This document shows positions 51,089-63,967 of a DNA stretch of 64,000 nt, piece by piece. The stretch spans positions 1 to 64,000 of the forward strand of contig NMRA01000082.1 of NCBI GenBank assembly GCA_002633005.1, read 5' to 3'. Each line of letters starts with the position of its first letter. The first letter of the stretch is position 1. A program made the translations under genes and the position numbers. The notes beneath the pieces were generated by a model, which saw only the letters and a list, made by a program, of their open reading frames with translations, did not search any database and was not told the origin of the DNA. This DNA comes from Phoronis australis (taxonomy: Eukaryota; Animalia; Phoronida).

Positions 51089-53465
51089 AGTGAGTTGCAA
51101 ACTTTTTGCTTCACTATATTGTACTCCATTATCATCTTAATCGGTCTATATCCATATCACCTCGTATATAGTCGATCTTAACTCGCCCAGAGGTGTCGCG
51201 TTAACCAGTGAGGAATGTGAGCAACGGCGCAGCGACGTCAGTGGTTCTTCTTCTGAGTGAGTGCCGCTTGGGTGTGGTGTATCGTTCCTGCTTGTGTGAA
51301 TTATGAAGTTGCGAGGAAAGCGAGTATATCGTTTTTTTCGATTTCCTCGAGAGCCCATAATGATTCAGAAGTAGCTCGCGGCAGTGATTATGAAAAGTAC
51401 GCTGTTAATACCAATACCAAGTAAGAGACCCTGAAACTTCTCCTTGTCCGTCAGTGGACTGCATTTGTCGCCGGATCAGTTTTTCCTCAGCCCTAAAAAA
51501 CGTCGTAAGCACACTTCTGTTTCGAAGCGGTGCAAAATCAGGATGGTCCGTGAAACTGCGCTTCTCCAAGAAGGCGTTTCACTTGCTGAATTTGTGGCAG
51601 CTTTCCCAAACGTCAATCGTTTCCATCATGGTGCAGTTAGCTCCGCAGTCAATTCAAACGCCGCCCTTTTCGGAACTATCCATATGTTCCGTTTTCTGTG
51701 CGCATTCCAGGAGCATCTCTAGTATTTCTTGATGAGTGTATTCCGGTTCGAACTGAGACCCTTGAAAACTAGCGATCGACCAGTGAAGTCTTCGTCGGAT
51801 GAGCATTCGTCTACATCGCGATTGTGAGTAGCCACGTTGACGTATATTCATGATTGTGCGTTCTGTTTCAAAATGAATTATTCTCATACTAACCAATGCT
51901 TATACAAAACTGAAACAAAGTCTGTCTCATTAGATACAATTTGTAATGCGTTGGAGTGTTCGTTACTGCAAATGTTTCGAGAAGCCAGCAGTGAATAAAC
52001 CACTGCATTAGATGCAATAAACTCATTGAATGGGCACCCAGGCCGTTTCAGTGCATACTACTAATACAGTGTTTGCCGACAGAAATCAGATGTTAGGGGA
52101 ATCTCTATTTAGATATTCATATACGTTATTCGAATCAATTATTACTGTACAACTTAATTTTGCCCAGACGGTTCTGTGGAAGGGTAATCGGACTTCGCGG
52201 CTAATTTACCAAAATAATCAAGTCCACATTTTTTCTCTGGCTCACTAGTATAGTCTTTTCGTGACTGGAAGTTTACTTTCCAACTTTTGATGGTTTATGT
52301 TCGTGTTCGCTTCAGTCTGGCCCCGATGGGCCTGCACGATCGGGTTATTCCGAGACACTGGCCGGGATAACAAACGTTTTGTGTTTTGAACTAAAAAAAT
52401 CGCAAGTCTAAAATTACAACACACAACCATGTTCTCCTGTTGCATTTCACGGACGAATAATTTGAATTCATCAACGAACAGACCCAAACTCCCGCGACCG
52501 ACCTTGCTAAATTGGCTCATTCCGGCCGTGAATAATACGCTTACAAGGAAGTCACGCATTTCTACAGATATGCGGGAAATTTCACCGCCCGTCCTGGTGG
52601 CTTTTACCAGGATCAAAGAGGGCAAGACCCAATTAAGTGTAATTACCCAACCGTAAAGTGTATTAAACATCTCTGACTTTAGGCCTGCATGATGGCGAAT
52701 TTTCAAAGCGCAAGTACAACTAATTTTCAATAAAAACGAACACCATGGCGGTATTCAGCTGGAAAAAAAACAGCTAAGGACGGTTTTCGATTTTTAAAAA
52801 TCGATGAACTAATAATCTAAAAACTACAACCATTGTGTACGATTGAAGATAAACTACTTCGCGTATTGATGTACTTGGTGGATATACAAACGCTGATCAG
52901 AGTTAACAATATCACATGGATTCTTTTTTTAAAATTCTGCCAATCTCGTCTAACCAGATTTTTGGCCAGGAAACAATTGTACTTAACTTGTGTCCACTTT
53001 TCATTTTTATTACTGAATAAGAGCTAAAAATGGACCTTTGTGAAGATAAACACAAGTTAACCTTTTTAGTCATTTTGTAATATTTATAATGTACCTAGAA
53101 AAAACAGCACTCTCCAGAGTTGCTGGCTGTAACAGTGCAAATGTCAGAGAAAACTAAATTGGAAGTACTAACAACAACCATTGTTGAGACAGTAATGCTA
53201 GCGATTAACTTTCCACTTCATTAGCTCAGATCTACATCAATACAAAGGACGTGCTGAATAATGCATTGTAAAAGTTGTCTAGGGATAAGGGAATCTGAGC
53301 AGTGACCACTGTAAGCAAGAAATTCTCTACATGCCTACCGAACTTAGTAGGCTGCGGTACGTTCAAATACCTAAAAACAGCGAAATAAATAACACGTCTG
53401 TTCAATAACTCGATGTATTTGTAAGGGTTTTACATCGAATTTTGATGATTTATTGGTGTAAACCA
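51089..53465 (+). mobile_element. Kolobok family B copy (decayed, interrupted at ~52520-53340)
   Basis: TTAA at 51085-51088 then AGTGAGTTGC; colinear with reverse complement of 28628-27160; THAP remnant VWCIVPACVNY..RFPR at ~51272-51480 and minus-strand KolX remnant QFEPEY..FTDHPDFAP. Confidence 0.75.
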
Positions 53466-54064
53466 ATGAATTCAAACAATTAGCCGACATCAATAAGCAG
53501 CCATGAACCAGCCTACTGTAATAATTTCTTTTCATTTAGACCAATTAGCATTATGCAATTGGTCTCACATGCTTCCCAAGTCAAACTATGTGTTAGTTCT
53601 GGTCTTAAAAAGAACTGACAGTGGGTTATTGGTCGAAGCCATGTGCTACAAGTTGCATAAGATGTCACGTCATCTGACGAGCATGGTCTCAATCAACCAA
53701 TAAGGACCTGTCGTACTTTGCAAGACCAAAATCACTCAATACATCTGCTTAAAGAAGTTGTTGACACCAATTTTTATGAAGTAACTGGTCAAAATCAAAA
53801 TTCAGTTTCTTGGATAAAATGTGAGCTTATGTCCCCTGGACTCTCTCTGAAAACAATATATTTTTTTAATTTTACAAGCAACGTTCATAATGGGTTGATG
53901 TGTATGTTCACTCAACACGAAAATAGGTATGAAAGTATTAAATTTTGGCACTGTTCCAGCAAAGGAATTAAAATGTATGCAATTGAATACCAGGTATTAT
54001 TGCACTTTAATTTGTCTATAAATCTGACATAATCTACCATAGCATTTGATTAAGAAATGACATA

Positions 54065-54596
54065 CAGGTTCCCCTTCCGCAGAACCGTCAGGGCAAACGT
54101 TGTACAGTAAAAATAATTTGAATAATGTATTTGTAAATCTAAATAAAGATTCCCCTAACATGTGACCACAGCATGTAAAATCGAGTTATTGTTTCACATC
54201 CAGCTTTCTGTCAGCACACACGGCCTTCGTGCCGGTCAATTAACTTTATTGCAACGCAGTGGTTTATTCATTGCTGGCTTCTCAAAACATTTGCACTCAC
54301 GAATGCTCCAAGGGCATTGCAAATTGTATCCAATGAGAATGACTTCGTTTCAGTTTTATATAAGCATTGGTTAGGGTGAGAATAATTCATTTTGAAACAG
54401 AACGCAGAATAATAAACGTCTACACGGCAAATCACCCGGCGCCAATCCCGACTTAGTCCAGAGCTCATCCGACGAAGACTTCAAGGGTAGGATCGTTAGG
54501 TTTCACAGGCTATAAGTTCGAACCAGAATACACTGATCAAGAAATACTAGAGAGGCGCGGTTACATGCACAAGCAACGGAACGTTTGGATAGTTCT
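54065..54596 (-). mobile_element. Kolobok family B fragment (KolX side), cut off by Copia LTR
   Basis: Direct similarity to 27643-28160; plus strand reads GFTGYKFEPEYTDQEILERR. Confidence 0.75.
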
Positions 54597-55270
54597 TGTT
54601 GAAATATATCACTTTTTGGTTGTAAAAATGAAACCACAACACATCGTGAGAATGACCCGATCTATTGTGAAAAAGAGACTAACTACAACGAAAAAACTAA
54701 TCGTAATAATGCGGTCGATGTAACGTAGAAGGAACTTAAAGTAATAAATGATTTTCAACACTCCTCCTCAGTTGTTAGTATTCAAACATAACCAATAAAA
54801 GATTTTCTCAAAGTCCTCAATGCAGTTATGATAAAGTATTCACGTTAACTAATAAATGCCAACACTCCTCCTCACTTATGTTAACCGTTGAGCAACTAAC
54901 AAACTAATGTTTAACTAACTCCTGTCATGGCCCTGAGTTTTTCAAATGTTTCTCTTGGCAATGGCTTCGTCAACATGTCTGCTATCATTAGTGCACTACA
55001 ACAATACTTTAAGTCAATAGAACGACTGATGACCAGAACACCGATAAAGTGATGATTGATTTCACTATGTTTGGCACGACCATGAAATTTTGGATTGTGA
55101 CACACTGATATGGCTGCCTGGTTATCCTCAAAACTAGTCACCGGTTTTTGAAGTCCATTCAACTCGAGCACAAGCTTGGAAAACCACATGGCTTCCTGCG
55201 CAGCCATCCCCAAGGCAATATACTCTGCACCGAAGAAACCAATCAAGGTGCAATCACGTTGCTGCAAAAT
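54597..55270 (-). mobile_element. Ty1/Copia remnant: RNase H and 3' LTR
   Basis: AEYIAL..AAQEAMW..EDNQAAI..NPKFHGRAKH..MIADMLTKPL (54911-55235); purine tract TGAGGAGGAG (54761-54770) adjoining LTR TGTTGAAA..TTTCAACA (54597-54760). Confidence 0.9.
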
Positions 55271-55729
55271 GGTAACATCGACATTGATGAAATTATAAAC
55301 AACAACCGTTTTCCAAGGATTTTCTTAGGAAACGACAAAAAACTTATTTAAACACAATATGGCTGACAATTGAACTGGCGAGAATAAAACACTCTTCACT
55401 CCTAGTGAACGACATTTCTTCACAGACAAAGGCCCCAAACAACAACGAGCTGTTGTTGAATAAAGGGATCAATGATGCTAATAAGGTTGAATGTGACAAC
55501 TTTAAGGATTTCTATATCGGACTCTCACAGAAAATATAAAACAAGAAAAACGCCGAACTCGAACCAAAGAACCAATTTTTTATGACATGAGGAATTTAAG
55601 CGGAGAAAGGCTTTTGTATCGCTGTGTGCAAATTGCAAATGACTAAGGCTGAACCAGTTATTTCCTGAGCGAAATTCCCAAAACAGGGTTAAGTGTCATA
55701 ACGCACTTCTATAACCTACATTTTATTTA

Positions 55730-56222
55730 TTTAAGCATGTGTTTTTAACTGAGCCGTATGTAAAGATTATTCTATCTCCTTGCGAGCGATCTCTTCTGGC
55801 TCACCTTAGAGCAGGAGATCTCCCATTGCACCTTGAAACTGGTCGTTATGTAAACAGTTCTGTAAGTGAAAGACTTTGCTTGTGTTGTGATTTTGATTCT
55901 CTGGAGGATGAGCTACATTTTGTGTTTGATTGTTCTCTTTATAACTCACGGAGGTCTATTCTGTTTATTAATGTTTAATTTCAATTCCCGAACTTTGCAG
56001 ATTTCAGTAGATTAGATACGTTAAAACTGCTGTTTCTGTATTTACCAAGGCAATTTTCCCAATGTATCAAGTCTGCTTTTGAACTTAGAAACCGACGCAT
56101 TTATGGTAGCCCTACATCTGAGCTGTGTGGTTAAACTGGGCTGGGTACTTATGTTTACTACCAACGTTATACCTATAACTGTTTGAATTAATTGTACTTG
56201 TCACTATAATAAATAAATACTT
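55730..56222 (+). mobile_element. 5'-truncated LINE (C-terminal CCHC zinc knuckle and 3' UTR)
   Basis: LAHLRAGDLPLHLETGRY..ERLCLCC..EDELHFVFDCSLY; ends in AATAAATAAA. Confidence 0.8.
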
Positions 56223-56673
56223 ATACTAATACACGAATATTCACGACTGACTTACTCCAATTTGTCTTAAAATTCACCGTTGAGTCGCTCTTATTTATAT
56301 GAAAATTCACTACAGTGTCGCTCTTATAATATGAAAAGTCGCGAGTGAATCCCTCATACAAATTTAGTATTGAGTAACTGTTATTTAAATGAAAATCCAC
56401 AGCTAGAGCGCTCCACTTTATATGAAAAGAACAAGTTCCTTCATCGTATTGAAAAACCTGGCCAAAGGTGAGAATGCCCTGCGAGAGGTCGTTTGGCTGT
56501 CAGTAAAGCGAAATTTATCAAAGAGCAAAAGCGACACTTAGCTAAAATTGTTCATCAACGTCTTGGTGTTTTTAATGCTGTTGAAAACAGTGTTGACAAA
56601 ATTTGTTTCAACAAATTTCGTCAACAGTGTGCATGTTTGAGGCTTTACATTGTGAATTCGAGTGCTTGACTAC

Positions 56674-59600
56674 CTAGGAGTCAAGGCAATCCACCATGAA
56701 CGTTCTGAACGTAAATGGATTTCCTTGTATAGACAATTCCCGCCAAAAAAGGGCGACAATGAAATTTCTCTCTTTTAACATTATTTTTCGAAATGTTACT
56801 TCGCTAGTTGTAACCTTATAGTCAAAATCCTTCGAATTCCCTTGTATCACTTCCAAAATAGAGTTTCTCATTTTAAGAGTATATGTCTCACCGGAATCGT
56901 AAAAGTAAAACACTGCTGTTTCACGCGTTTTACCGCATGATTCGGCATTAAACAGTCGTGGAAACACGTTAAGGAGGTATTTCATTGGCGTTGTCTTAAT
57001 TCTTTTAATTCTAGCCTTTTTCGATGGTTTTATAGTGATAGTCCCGCTCTCCTCCAACATGGACGTTAGGTAATAATTTCGTCCAGTTACGCTTGTCTGT
57101 TGCGAAGCCAGTGCCTTCATGGCTCTCTGTCGTATGTTTCCCGCCTGATGCTTGTCTTTTTGGTCGTTCGAGGTTAAAACAAATGAAGTCAATTCTAACG
57201 CCCACTGAGGGTCCCTGTTAAAGAGCGCTCTTTCAGCCGCCATAAGTAGTTTTGCATTTCCGAGAAGTTCGACCATCCTCTCACCACGCTGTTCATTCGA
57301 TAGCGGATTTAAGTCCTCTGGACGTCCACTGAACCACCCGAGATAGGAACTGAACACACCTCGGACCGACCATGGGACTGTACCATAGATTTGTCGAAGA
57401 TGGATATCGTTCTTCAGTGTGGAAGGTAGTTTTATACGCTCCACTATTTCATCCGGTGTCAGTCCTTTGTTGATGTACCGCAGCGTTTGATCGTGAATGA
57501 ACTGGATGGCGTCACGATATTTGGTGAGAATAGAATACACACCATGTCGTCCGCTTATTGGTTGCGTGTGACTCGGCACGAGGTGAACCGGATTCAGCGC
57601 CCTCATCTTGTCTAAAGACGCTACCCAGTGAGTGAGATCTCGTGCGACGGAGCCCCGTATAGCGTAAAGGTTTGGGAATGCTCGATAATAATTGTCACCA
57701 CATAACAGCGTTTGTTTACTGGGAATCCAGACCGCCATTTGATCCTCTGTCTCTCCTGGGATGTGAATGAGTTTTAGAGGCAGACCTGAGAAAAGTCAAT
57801 CGAGTCTACAAGTTAAAATACAGACACCGGTATTCTGACTATGCTTTAGAGAAAGAGCGTATTGCTAATTTTACCCTGTAGAAGCTCAATAGTTTCAATT
57901 TCCCAGGAATTGAAGCTTTTTCAGTAGAAATATATCAAAATGGCTACGCTACAGCTGTACCATGAACTAGACGTGAGAATTTCATGGCTGTGTCTATTTT
58001 AACGAATGTCTCTTGTAATGTTTAAGTAACGCAATGAAGACACGATTCTGTGTACGTTGGCAGATCTGCCAATATACATGTACACGAAAACACTAGCTGT
58101 CATAAATCGTGAAATTGTACTAGCCAATTGTGTCATCGTGTTATTTGTGACTTTTGGGCTTTTAGGGAAATACATGTTGGAGGTATGGCTTCAATTAGGT
58201 GTGTATAGAGTTTAACTTACCCGCTATGATAACATCTCTCTGATCACCGACCAGAAACTTGTTGGGAGAAAGGAAACCAATGGAGGAGTCGCCGTTGAAC
58301 TTCAAATTTAGCCCAATGCCAGAATCGGAAGTGGACGGTAAGAAGGTCCCAAATTGACGCATTGCGCGTATAAAGGTTATTTCCCCTTGTTGAAGAGTGG
58401 TTTTACGAAGATTCTCTGGAAATGTGTGGTAGGCCCATACGTCAGGATAACTCTCTCGATCTTCTGGGTCGTTGACAAACGCCTAGTAAACCAAAAGGTA
58501 AACATGCAAACTAACTTGAGCTGGTTCCGCAATCCCAGTTGGAGAGCATGTTCTTAAACTTAATTTTAGGAGAATGCGTGAATGTTTGGTAGGCTACCAC
58601 TGTGTACAGTTGTGGCATCCAGAGAAGGAACTGCCGTTAATGTACCGTATATGACAATTCTGAAGTAAGCACTGAACTTTGTTTATTATTATATAGCAAT
58701 AGTAAAGGAACTGCAACAACTTAAATTTTAGACAGTGATCGCCGTCTCTAGTTGACCTACAGAAGGTGAAGCTCCTGTTGGTTCTTCATACGCCGGAAGC
58801 TTTTTTGAGAATTATTCCTCAAACTGATAAAATACAAAAGTCACGTTGTTAAATATGTAAGTAAGTTTTGCGCATAGAAGGACACATTAGTTGGCCGTCG
58901 ATGTCTTCAATTCTTTCCAGTTGAAACAAAAATCCCGTTATCAAACTTTTTATTCGATAAGTCCTTCGTTCAGGTCCCAAAACCGGAAAATGGCCTTTTT
59001 TAACACTGCGCATGACAGGTGGTATGACATTATGTCCCCAGGCGTGCGCTGTGTAAAAATAGCCAGTTTCCGATTTTTCGAAGTGAACGAAGGACTGCTT
59101 GAAGTAAAAGTTTAATAACGGGAGTATTTGTAGCTGGAAGGAATTAAAGACATCGATGCCACCCTAAGTTGTCCCTCAACATGTATGCGTATAAGGTACG
59201 TACATGTATAACAACTGGACTTTGATGTTAAAATCAGTGTGAGGCATAATTCGCCCAAAACCTTCCGGCGTATATGCGCATAGGAGTTTCAGCGTCTCTA
59301 CTGGCCAGCTAGAGATGATGTTCTCAGTGTACTTAAATCTATTATGTACCTGCTTTTTACTAATAAGATTGCGGGCTGGGGAACTCGGACTATAACTGGT
59401 TGAAGTCGTTATGGTCTAGCAAACTTCTACAGTGTGACGTGTCTCTCTCTAATTGCGAGTGTGAAATCGAAGATAGACTCACCATAGAACCGTGTACATG
59501 ATCGGCGTGGCTATGTGTGTAGACGATCGCCTTCACATGACTGTTGGTCACATTACGCAAGGCACGGTAGGCCTGACGTGCCGCCTCCATACTCTCAGTT

Positions 59601-60699
59601 ACGTCAACGATGATAGCGCCATCTGGTGCCTCTATGAGAATGGTGTTGGTTAATGCGTAACCAGTGGCAACAAAGACACCGTCTGTGACCTAGGTAGATA
59701 TGATAGATGATACTTTCCCACAGGTTTGGTAAAACGCTTGTTTGCTAAGTTTTTTTCATTTAATGGTGGTCGTGGCAGTAGCACTGCGGCGTCAGGCTGT
59801 GTTGTAGAGAGCAACCTGCTTCTTTGTTTAGCACAATGGAGTAGATAACGCATCTCGAATTTTTTACTAGTCTCATCATAAACTCCTGCGTCCGCCAACA
59901 ATTTACTGTGATTCTTGGTGTTATTGCATTTTCACGAGCAGCGAATTGGAAAAAATTACTCAGTGCTAGACTTCAACGTTGCATAAAGCATAAAAGTGGG
60001 GTTATAGTTTGTGAATGTATTCCAAATTCTTGATATTCACCGTTTCGTTAAATAATAAATTATGTATAAATATTTGTTATTGAGCATTTTCACTTTCTTA
60101 CATTGACTCAATGAGTAGATATCAGCCTCAAAACGGGTTCTTAAGTGCGACATCTAGCAGTTGTCAATGAACTTGCATGGGCAAAATTTTATTTCGAGGT
60201 TTCCAAAAAATAAGATTAATTGTGTCAGCCAAGGAATAATAGTAAGCAAAATAGTTTAAGTAAACACAATTAATGCCAAGTGGCCGGATATTTATAAAGA
60301 ACTTGAACTAAACTATAAACATATACAATTGCTTTACAAAAGGTACCCCCATTGATTACATGTATGTTAGTTTGTGATCACCTTTAAAGCAGAGTAAAGG
60401 TAAGGTGTGTCTTCACTGGTCGAGGCATCTGTTAAATATCTACCGTCGTCACTCATTTCATGAGGAATCGTCTGCAACGCCTCTTACCTTTAGGACTCGA
60501 GGATCACTGCGAATTGTATTTGGAATGGAACCAATTTCTGCCTGTCCTGTATGGTCAACGTTGGTGGATTGGTAGTTTCGCGCCGGGTTCTTTTCGCCAC
60601 CCCATAATTGATTTCCAGCAACAGAGGCCGCTACCAACACAACGCAGCACGTGACCCAGGGTATGAACTTTACCAAACGTGAAGTCTGCTTATGAGCAT
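56674..60699 (-). CDS. Alkyl/aryl sulfatase, SdsA1/BDS1-like metallo-beta-lactamase fold; spliced gene (exons 60699-60488, 59689-59483, 58482-58221, 57785-56674; start exon not identified)
   Basis: All four exons have AG/GT ends and join in frame (phases 0,0,1); motifs VTDGVFVATGYALTN, IVYTHSHADH (HxHxDH), RAMRQFG, PGETEDQ, GDNYYRAFPNLYAIRG, LVPSHTQP, RDAIQFIHDQTLR, YGTVPWSVRG..YLGWFSG, ARN-like GRNYYL and SCP2-like C-terminus; hydrophobic segment in the first seen exon. Confidence 0.92.
58787..59274. mobile_element. Foldback / MITE-like inverted repeat in sulfatase intron
   Basis: Arms ~58787-58972 and ~59084-59274 are imperfect reverse complements (e.g. CGATGTCTTCAATTCTTTCCAG / CTGGAAGGAATTAAAGACATCG; TCCTTCGTTCA / TGAACGAAGGA). 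Confidence 0.8.
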
Positions 60700-61642
60700 C
60701 TGCAACAAAGAATACGTATAAAGTATTGTTTTTTATGTTTTCTAGTGGTGTTGCTTTGGCCCTTGTAAAACGATCCTGCAAAATGTAGGAATGTATTTTT
60801 GATATACCCTACGTATATGCATTTTAGGCGAATTAGTGATAACATTATGAAAGAACATTTTAATGAGTAAACAATCATAAAAACCATTTTAATCAAGGCC
60901 ACAGGCACCGTTTTCTAATTTTTAATATTTAAATTTACTAATCCCAATAAGTTCCGAAGCGTTTTCTTAAGTCTGTGAGAGTTTTTATGTTCTTGTTGGA
61001 AACAAAATCAAGTACTGTTACGGTAAGGAATATGATGAGACCGCTTTAATGGGATTTGGTTTAATACAGTTTATTTGTTTGTTGACAGCTAAATAGCTAC
61101 TGAGGAAATGCTCTTGATAAAGGGGAACGTTCCAAAGGCCGTAGATGCGAGAAAGTTGCAAAAAAACGTGCAATCAAAATATCGCGCACATGTTAAACAC
61201 CTCCGATGGATAATTTTACACTACTGAAATTGCCGAGGTTTCAGTTCCCGGATGAAACCAGGCACTGCACCACCAAAAGGGCTTATTCCTTTGCTACGCT
61301 TTAAACTTTTTTTTTTCTAAAGTGATATATATTTATTGAAGAATACACAGAACATACAAAGAAATAATAACAAACCCAGAAACCGCGAAGCATTATATCT
61401 GGGTTGAGGAAAAGACAACATCTGGATCTGTACAATGCTATTTTGATAGGCATGCAATATGGTAGCCATAGATGTGTATTTTTTTAAATTTCTGATCCCA
61501 TCGTTATTGGACTACCGGTGTATTTGTGGATAAATATGCGTATACGTGGCACTTGTGTACAGTTTGCGTCGTTGGTGCTACATTGTATTTATATTTATAT
61601 TTATATTTATATTTTATAGAGTATGAAGAATTGTATTGAGCG

Positions 61643-62814
61643 GCTGACGTTCCACCCTGTCTTCGTCCCAAGTTTCGTGTAACTTGTCAACATGTTTGCA
61701 AATATGTAAATAGATGTTAATTTTGATCGGGGTAACTGAAAAGTGTTTATTTTCTTTTTGTCTGAAGTACAGGAGTGGATCTCAAATTTCCCCTATCACC
61801 TTACATTCGATAGGCAGCATATCAGTCGCCATTGCGCAGATCCCTTCACAAAAACTGTTGATTGAAACAGACGCGCTGCATTTCCAGTGCTAACCTCATG
61901 TTTATGACCAGACATCCCCATACTGTGTGCTGGTGATCGTGGGCGCTTGCGTTGAGGAATTGCGGCAGGTAACTTTCTAATAATAGATAGTACGTGTGCG
62001 AACGACAAAAAAAATCTGATTGAGCCCGTTTTTGTAGTTGGGAGTTTGAGGGAAAATGGAATTTCGTTGATATGGTAATCATAATATTTTCAATTTTTTT
62101 AAACATACGTTAAATAGTTTCACTAGTTACGTGTTGATTTATTGTGTGGTACAAGGTAAGCAGGTATAAACACTTACTTTATGGTATGGTTCATCATTAT
62201 TTTGTTTTTGTGGTTGTAGACTTATTTCCGGATAGTGCACCGCAATATTCTCTTCGCGGGGTTTTTATAATATCACTTTCTGGTGGTGATTGTATCTTGG
62301 TGGTATGTAAGTGTTCGTTCGAACTGGAACTCAAGGAGCTCTACCCCGGCAACTCTACAACAGATAAGGTGAGGAGCAATATTGTGAACGTCTGGAGCTT
62401 TCTCCCATGTAAACAAGACAGCGACGTTCATTCAGAAGTTTGCTGGCGATTTGGCGTCCAAAAAGACCGTCTACTTCCTTCGTTCTTTAGTGAACGCAAG
62501 TCCTGTTTGTTTTATTAGCGTCTTTGGTGACTCTTTACTACCATTTTATCAGTCATAGCCTTAGATTTTCTACATAATATATTTAAAAGCTAAGCCCATA
62601 ATTAGGCCAAAATAGTTAGGGTCTTAGCCCTTGCGTTAGCAGGTTTGTATGAAAAGATCCTTAAGTATTTTCAATAATATGGAGAATCCCATGAAGACTT
62701 CACTCTCAAATTGTTTCAAAGTTAAAAACTGGCTTAATAGTGACACTCGAATAGCATAGGAAAGGACAATCAATGTTTTCTCAAGCCCACAAACGGTGTA
62801 CATATAGGGAACTT
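61643..62814 (+). mobile_element. Second, deleted copy of the TatD/LTR remnant plus shared flank
   Basis: IAQIPSQKLLIETDALHF at 61831-61884; colinear with 29540-29655, 34355-34740 and 37340-38020. Confidence 0.75.
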
Positions 62815-62815
62815 N

Positions 62816-63967
62816 TAAGCAAAATAGTTTAAGTAAACACAATTAATGCCAAGTGGCCGGATATTTATAAAGAACTTGAACTAAACTATAAACATATACA
62901 ATTGCTTTACAAAAGGTACCCCCATTGATTACATGTATGTTAGTTTGTGATCACCTTTAAAGCAGAGTAAAGGTAAGGTGTGCCTTCACTGGTCGAGGCA
63001 TCTGCTAAATATCTACCGTCGTCACTCATTTCATGAGGACTCGTCTGCAACGCCTCTTACCTTTAGGACTCGAGGATCACTGCGAATTGTATTTGGAATG
63101 GAACCAATTTCTGCCTCTCCTGTATGGTCAACGTTGGTGGATTGGTAGTTTCGCGCCGGGTTCTTTTCGCCACCCCATAATTGATTTCCAGCAACAGAGG
63201 CCACTACCAACACAACCCAGCACGTGACCCAGGGTATGAACTTTACCAAACGTGAAGTCTGCTTATGAGCATCTGCAACAAAGAATACGTATAAAATATG
63301 TTTCCTAGTGGTGTTGCTTGGGCCCTTGTAAAACGATCCTGCAAAATGTAAGAATGTATTTTTGATATTCCCTACGTATTTGCATTATAGGCGAATTAGT
63401 GATAACATTATGAAAGAACATTTTAATGAGTAAACAATCATAAAAACCATTTTAATCAAGGCCACAGGCACAGTTTTCTAATTTCCAATATTTAAATTTA
63501 CTAATCCCAGTAAGTTCCGAAGCGTTTTCTTAAGTCTGTGAGAGTTTTTATGTTCTTGTTGGAAACAAAATCAAGTACTGTTACTGTAAGGAATATGATG
63601 AGACCGCTTTAATGGGATTTTGTTTAATACATTTTATTTGTTTTTTGACAGCTAAATAGCTACTGAGGAAATGCACTTGATAGAGAGGAACGTTCCAAAG
63701 GCCGTAGATGCGAGAAAGTTGCAAAAAAACGTGCAATCAAAATAACGCGCACATGTTAAACACCTCCGATGGATAATTTTACACTACTGAAATTGCCGAG
63801 GTTTCAGTTCCCGGATGAAACCAGGCATTGCACCACCAAAAGGGCTTATTTCTTTGCTACACTTTATTTTTTTTTTTCTAAAGTGATATATATTTATTGA
63901 AGAATACACAGAACATACAAAGAAATAATAACAAACCCAGAAACCGCGAAGCATTATATCTGGGTTG
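62816..63967 (-). repeat. Near-identical duplicate of 60243-61406 including the first seen sulfatase exon
   Basis: Starts immediately after n at 62815; few substitutions and one short indel. Confidence 0.9.
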
